A DNA stretch of 16,451 nucleotides from Candidatus Latescibacterota bacterium (GTDB lineage Bacteria > Latescibacterota > UBA2968), in NCBI GenBank assembly GCA_038279365.1, contig JAYODI010000014.1, forward strand, positions 67,140 through 83,590. The letters run 5' to 3'. The translations under genes were made by a program, and so were the position numbers. The notes below the pieces were generated by a model. That model had not been told where the DNA came from. It saw only the letters and a list, made by a program, of their open reading frames with translations, and ran no database searches. Positions 13,001 to 16,451 of the stretch are shown here, piece by piece; positions within the stretch are counted from its first letter, which is position 1; each line of letters starts with the position of its first letter.

Positions 13001-16000
13001 GTTTTAACGGAGACGGGAAGCTTTAAAACATTACGTGCACCAGACTTGTTGCCCCCATTGGTCATTGAGGGGCCGTCGGCTCAGGGGGTTGGCCAAACCC
13101 AAGCGACCGTTTTGTTTAAGACAGATGAGCCCGCATTTTCGAGGGTTGTGTTTGACACCTTGGGGTTGAGCACGCGTTCTTTTCGAACAGCATTAACAGG
13201 TACTGCCGAACTTGGGCACACGCATCGATTGAGTGGCTTGGTGGCCGGTAAAACCTATAACTATCAGGTCGTGACGGTTGATGCAGCAGGCAATCGATCT
13301 GAAAGTGCTACGAGTACATTTAAAACTTTGGTTGCACCGGATACCAAACCACCTGTGTTGACATCTCAGCCAGTTGTATCGGGTGTGGGTTTTGATCGTC
13401 TTACCGTACAGTGGGCAACGGATGAAGCCAGTTCTACTGAGGTGACTGCAGTGCCTCAACCTGTGACAGGTAAACAGACCGTGGCCACAGCCGTAACGGT
13501 TTCGAGGTCGGTGTCTACGCCAGTAAAGGATCATGCAGTGTCTTTAACGGGGTTGGTGGGTGGTAGAGCCTATAAGATTTCGATTCAATCCGTGGATGCT
13601 GCAAAGAATGTGTTGTTCGTTCAGGATGCTTTGTCTGTTACTACCACACTGGCGCCTGATGTATTGCCACCCAAAATTACGACGTTGGCACAGGTGCAAA
13701 ATACAACGGATACGCAAGCACGCATTACTTGGGGGACAGACGAACCGGCCGATGGATTTGTGGAAGTGGATACATTGTCTGACTTTAGCACCTCATTCCG
13801 GTTTGGCAGTACAACCCCCAGCTTGTCACATGTTGTGACCGCAACAAACCTGAAAGGTGGCAAGACCTATTTTTATCGCGTGTTCTCTACGGATGTAATA
13901 GGCAATGGTCCCACGCAATATCCGGTGGGATCGTCGCTGACGTTTCGCACCCTAAAAACCCCTGACATTATTCCACCTCAAATTCATGGTGGACCCGTGG
14001 CTGTTTCGCCCTCTATTTCGAGCGTAACTATCAAATGGAAAACAAACGAACCGGCAGATGCCCGTGTACGATATGCTCTAAATTCGGCAGATGTGGCCAT
14101 TGGCAATGAAGTTTATAATTCTGCATTAAACAAAGATCATGACTTTACTTTGTCTGGGTTAGAACCCGATACAACTTACTATTATTGGGTTGAAGCTGTT
14201 GACAGTGAAAAGAATGGCCCATCAATAAGCAGTGTGAAAACATTTAAAACCCTTAAGGCACCCGATACCAAACCACCCAAAATTTTGTCTGGGCCTTCTG
14301 TGGTGGATCGGAACCAAACGGCAGCCATTATTGAGTGGGAAACCGATGAACCTGCAACATCTGAGGTAGAAGTAAATGGTGTGCGCACAAGTCGAAGTGA
14401 TGGGGCACAAAAACACCGGGTGCAGGTAACTGGTCTTACCGCAGAGACCGCATACTCGGTAAAAGTGATTTCAACAGACGCAGTGGGCAACACCACGGAA
14501 AAGAATGGTTTGCCATTTACGACACCTGCACTGCCAGATGTTATCCCTCCAGAAGTGCTGGAAGGCCCATCGGTCACGTATAAGTCAGATACACAAGCGA
14601 CGGTTGCTTGGAAGACCGATGAACCTGCCACGGGGGTGCTCACGTTGTGGCCCACAAATGATCCCACAAGCCCATTAAGACCTGCCAGTGATGGCAACTT
14701 TAATCGCGATCACAGCTTGACGGTGAGTGGGTTAACCAAGGGCACCAATTATGCATTTCGCATAGAGTCTTCAGATGCTTCTGGGAATACGGTGGTTGCA
14801 GGCACTCTCACTGGGTTTGCCTCAAAGCCTGGTGTGGTGACCAAGTTGGTACAACCCCCAGGTGGTGGTGGCAGTTTCTTTACCAATTTGCAACCCGATT
14901 CACAATTCCCAGTCATCTTAAGTGGCCCTTATGTGATTGCTTCTACTGCAAACACATTGACCATAGAATGGTCTACCGATGAAAGCAGTGATTCGGGTGT
15001 TGGGTTTGGTGCTGGTGTGCTTTCTTCGCGTGTGGAAGTTGGTACAGATGTGCTGAACCACCGTGTGGTATTGACCAATCTTGAGCCGGCCACATCTTAT
15101 CAATATCAGGTCGAATCTACAGATCCTGCAGGAAATGGTGCCACAAAGTCTCGGGTGTTTTTGGCCAAAACTGCTGCTGCAGTTGATGTGGTGGCTCCAC
15201 GAATTACCAAAAATCCAGCGGTTATATACCAGACCGAACGACAAGCAACAATTGTTTGGGAAACGGATGAAGGGTCGCAAACATTCTTGGAGTATGGCAC
15301 AAATGACAATTTGGTGAATCAACAATCGCTACCAGATTTTGTGACCAAGCACCAAGTGACCTTGACCAACTTGGCGGCTGGTACAACCTATCAATATCGT
15401 GTTAAGGCGACCGACGCGGCCAACAATGGTCCAACGGCCAGTCGTATCTTGTCATTTACAACCGAACTCACGCCCGATGTGGCTGCGCCCAAGATCAGTG
15501 TTGCGCCCGTTGTTCAGGCGGTTACAGATGTGTCGGCTGTGATCAAATGGACAACTGATGAACTGTCTGATAGCGGTGTCAATTTTGCCGAGGGTTCAGG
15601 TCTTTCTGCCGACGGATTGGGGTTGGTGGCAGGTTCTTCTTCTGATGTATTGGCGCACGAAGTGGCTTTGACAAACCTCACGCCAGGAACCACTTATACT
15701 TATTTGGTTCAAAGTACAGACCGATCCAATAATGGCCCGACTTCATCTGATGTGTTAACATTTACAACGTTGGCAAACAAGGATGAAACTGCTCCGAGCG
15801 TCCCTCAAAATGTGGTCGCAAGAGGGGCTTTGGGACAATTGGTTGTCTCTTGGGCAGCCCCTCCAGAAAATGACGTGGCGGGTTATGATGTGTTGCGTGC
15901 TGTGGGGGATGCAGAATTTGTGCCTGTGGCTACATTTGTTCCCAGTGTTAAATATGTAGATGATGGTTTGGATGTTGCTACCGTTTACCGATATCAGATT

Positions 16001-16450
16001 CAAGCTGTTGATGCAAGTGGCAATCAAAGTTCCGCTTCAGAAATTGCTTCAGCCAGCCCAGATGGATCGGGATTACCCAGTGCGCCTGTGGCCGTGGGTG
16101 TGCAAGGTGAGACGCCTACTTTGGTGGTTGAAAACGCCAAAGGGGCTTCGGGTTTGATTTATAACTTTGCTGTGGCAACTGATGATGCCTTTACACAGAT
16201 TGTGGCACAAGTTTCAGGCATTTCGGAAGGTGCGGGTACGGATAAAGCAGGGGCTACGGGCTGGACGATCTCGTCTCCATTAACGGAGGGTACAACCTAC
16301 TATTGGCGGTCATGGGCATTTGATGGGGTGTTTGATGGCCTATTTATGCCCACGGCAAGCTTTGTGGCAGGATCTGCATTACCCTCAAAAAATTTGGGTG
16401 ACTTTGACGGTGACTTGGTGGTGGGTTTTGGTGATTTTCTGATGTTTGTC
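2..16450 (+). CDS. Giant multidomain surface/extracellular adhesin-like protein (FG-GAP/VCBS propellers, ASPIC/UnbV, NHL, Ig-like, cadherin-like/Big_9, FN3, dockerin-like); partial at both ends, >=5,483 aa
   Basis: Frame +2 translated line by line has no stop codon. It begins ASARGVALTGGQSQSGAWGDFDKDGDLDLYV... and ends ...PSKNLGDFDGDLVVGFGDFLMFV. Recognisable domain motifs run continuously in this one frame. There is no start or stop in the window, which likely explains its absence from the ORF track. Confidence 0.97.
1010..1480 (+). repeat. Unassigned 157-aa beta-rich domain X, copy 1
   Basis: PVVEATVAS...TIGVTGDGT...GFTPNNDV...YESSDMVLDFNDTLLGS...TEVFYIV...ATVGHGFK...SDGDRVEI aligns end to end with 3815..4288. 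Confidence 0.85.
1490..2422 (+). other. Domain: six-bladed NHL-repeat beta-propeller (teneurin-like NHL subtype)
   Basis: Six blades such as TVAGNGTQGYQGDGG...MNHPIAIVADDDGNVYVAE...HVIRKID, LNGPKGVALAPNGDLYIADSGNHRI, LNNPTGLTFDDNGDLFVADQGNHRIRKID and INSPQGLAVGTSGHLYIADYGNNRVRKV. Confidence 0.92.
2441..2743 (+). other. Domain: bacterial Ig-like (Big_5/SbsA-like)
   Basis: VTSASP...VSIDANIVLNFNHAMN...VVHGSLSG...LTFDPVNDFLPGEEIHVS...ALTD...WTFTA matches the usual Big_5 pattern found ahead of FG-GAP arrays. Confidence 0.8.
2768..3799 (+). other. Domain: seven-bladed FG-GAP/VCBS propeller, subtype B (no ASPIC domain following)
   Basis: Seven motifs: GDLDGDGDID, ADLNADQALD, GDVDGDGDLD, GDVDEDGDLD, ADFDNSGSLD, GDFDGDGLPD, ADFDNDGDLD. 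Linkers are of the type (F/Y)GxGxDxTxSLA, and the blades lack the Trp and the LYV of the other propellers. Confidence 0.9.
3815..4288 (+). repeat. Unassigned 158-aa beta-rich domain X, copy 2
   Basis: PVVENTTAT...TIGLTGDST...GFDPATDV...FESADNVLDTGDTQVGS...TERFYIV...ATGGHAFK...SDGDRFEI; roughly 40-45% identical to 1010..1480 by manual alignment. Confidence 0.85.
4310..9595 (+). repeat. Four tandem CRTAC1-like units (7 FG-GAP blades + ASPIC/UnbV each): 4310..5617, 5630..6937, 6953..8260, 8273..9595
   Basis: Each unit has exactly seven DxDxDGxxD-type blades followed by N(N/Y)(W/H/V)...G(I/L)G(A/T)xV...DSxxVx(W/F)PSG. The ASPIC domains lie at 5357, 6707, 8012 and 9335. The unit period is about 1,320 nt (440 aa). 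Confidence 0.92.
9596..11893 (+). repeat. Eight tandem cadherin-like / Big_9 ('tandem-95'-type) Ig repeats
   Basis: Repeats of about 92-112 aa starting near 9596, 9932, 10208, 10487, 10769, 11045, 11330 and 11606. Consensus: (N/D)DxPVAxDDxFxIxED...DVLxNDxDxDGDxLT...G...(Y/F)TP...FxGxDxFxYxIxDG...VxVxV. Confidence 0.88.
11894..12184 (+). other. Domain: FN3/Ig-like (PADGA...LxW...DPDG...LxYxV type)
   Basis: NDPP...PADGAVGVPRSVVLAWDVKDPDGPQLLYTVRLG...YGETWFWQVVVTDG. Confidence 0.65.
12185..15781 (+). repeat. Twelve tandem FN3-like repeats (purple-acid-phosphatase-N-terminal-like subtype)
   Basis: Repeats start at DxxPP/DxxAP-type motifs at 12185, 12473, 12758, 13043, 13340, 13658, 13964, 14264, 14537, 14897, 15185 and 15476. 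Consensus: A/T-x-I-x-W-x-TDE...HxVxLxGLxxxTxYxYxVxSxDxxGN...FxT. Confidence 0.88.
15782..16366 (+). other. Domains: classical FN3 (15782..16060) followed by a further Ig/FN3-like domain (16073..16366)
   Basis: DETAPSVPQNVVA...VVSWAAPPENDVAGYDVLR...YVDDGL...YRYQIQAVDASGNQSSAS, then LPSAP...TPTLVVEN...IYNFAVATDDAFTQIV...W...LTEGTTYYWRSWAFDG. Confidence 0.8.
16397..16450 (+). other. Start of a dockerin-like / EF-hand Ca-binding domain (truncated by the window end)
   Basis: GDFDGDLVVGFGDFLMFV fits the GD(F/V)xGDGxVxxxDxxxx loop-helix of dockerin type I-like repeats. Unlike the FG-GAP blades it has no DLYV strand. Only 18 aa are visible. Confidence 0.65.
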
Positions 16451-16451
16451 T

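Noticed and set aside
12185-15781. Purple acid phosphatase enzyme annotation for the FN3-like repeats
   Set aside because: Only the N-terminal FN3-like fold pattern is present. No metallophosphoesterase catalytic motifs (such as GDxxY or GNHE) are visible.
234-16157. All ORFs in the supplied six-frame track (60-208 aa, both strands)
   Set aside because: They all overlap the giant frame +2 CDS in other frames or antisense and show no recognisable motifs. Their odd compositions (His/Ile/Cys-rich, Ser/Pro/Thr-rich, or Met/Trp-rich) are what GAT/GGT/GTG/AAT-rich coding DNA gives in shadow frames.

Overview
The whole 16.45 kb window is the interior of one giant + strand gene in frame +2 (codons start at position 2). 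Translating it by hand, I found no stop codon from 2 to 16450, so it encodes at least 5,483 aa, with both the start and the stop outside the window. The supplied ORF track misses it and lists only shadow ORFs. The product is a giant, cysteine-free, Ca2+-motif-rich surface or extracellular protein. Its order is: [partial FG-GAP propeller + ASPIC/UnbV] - unknown domain X - 6-blade NHL propeller - Big_5-like Ig - 7-blade FG-GAP propeller of a second subtype - second copy of X - 4 x [7-blade FG-GAP propeller + ASPIC/UnbV, i.e. CRTAC1-like units] - 8 cadherin-like/Big_9 Ig repeats - about 15 FN3-like domains - the start of a dockerin/EF-hand-like motif (GDFDGDLVVGFGDFLMFV). All domain names come from motif recognition by eye, not database searches. 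I saw no RNA genes, mobile elements, CRISPR arrays or intergenic regulatory sites.
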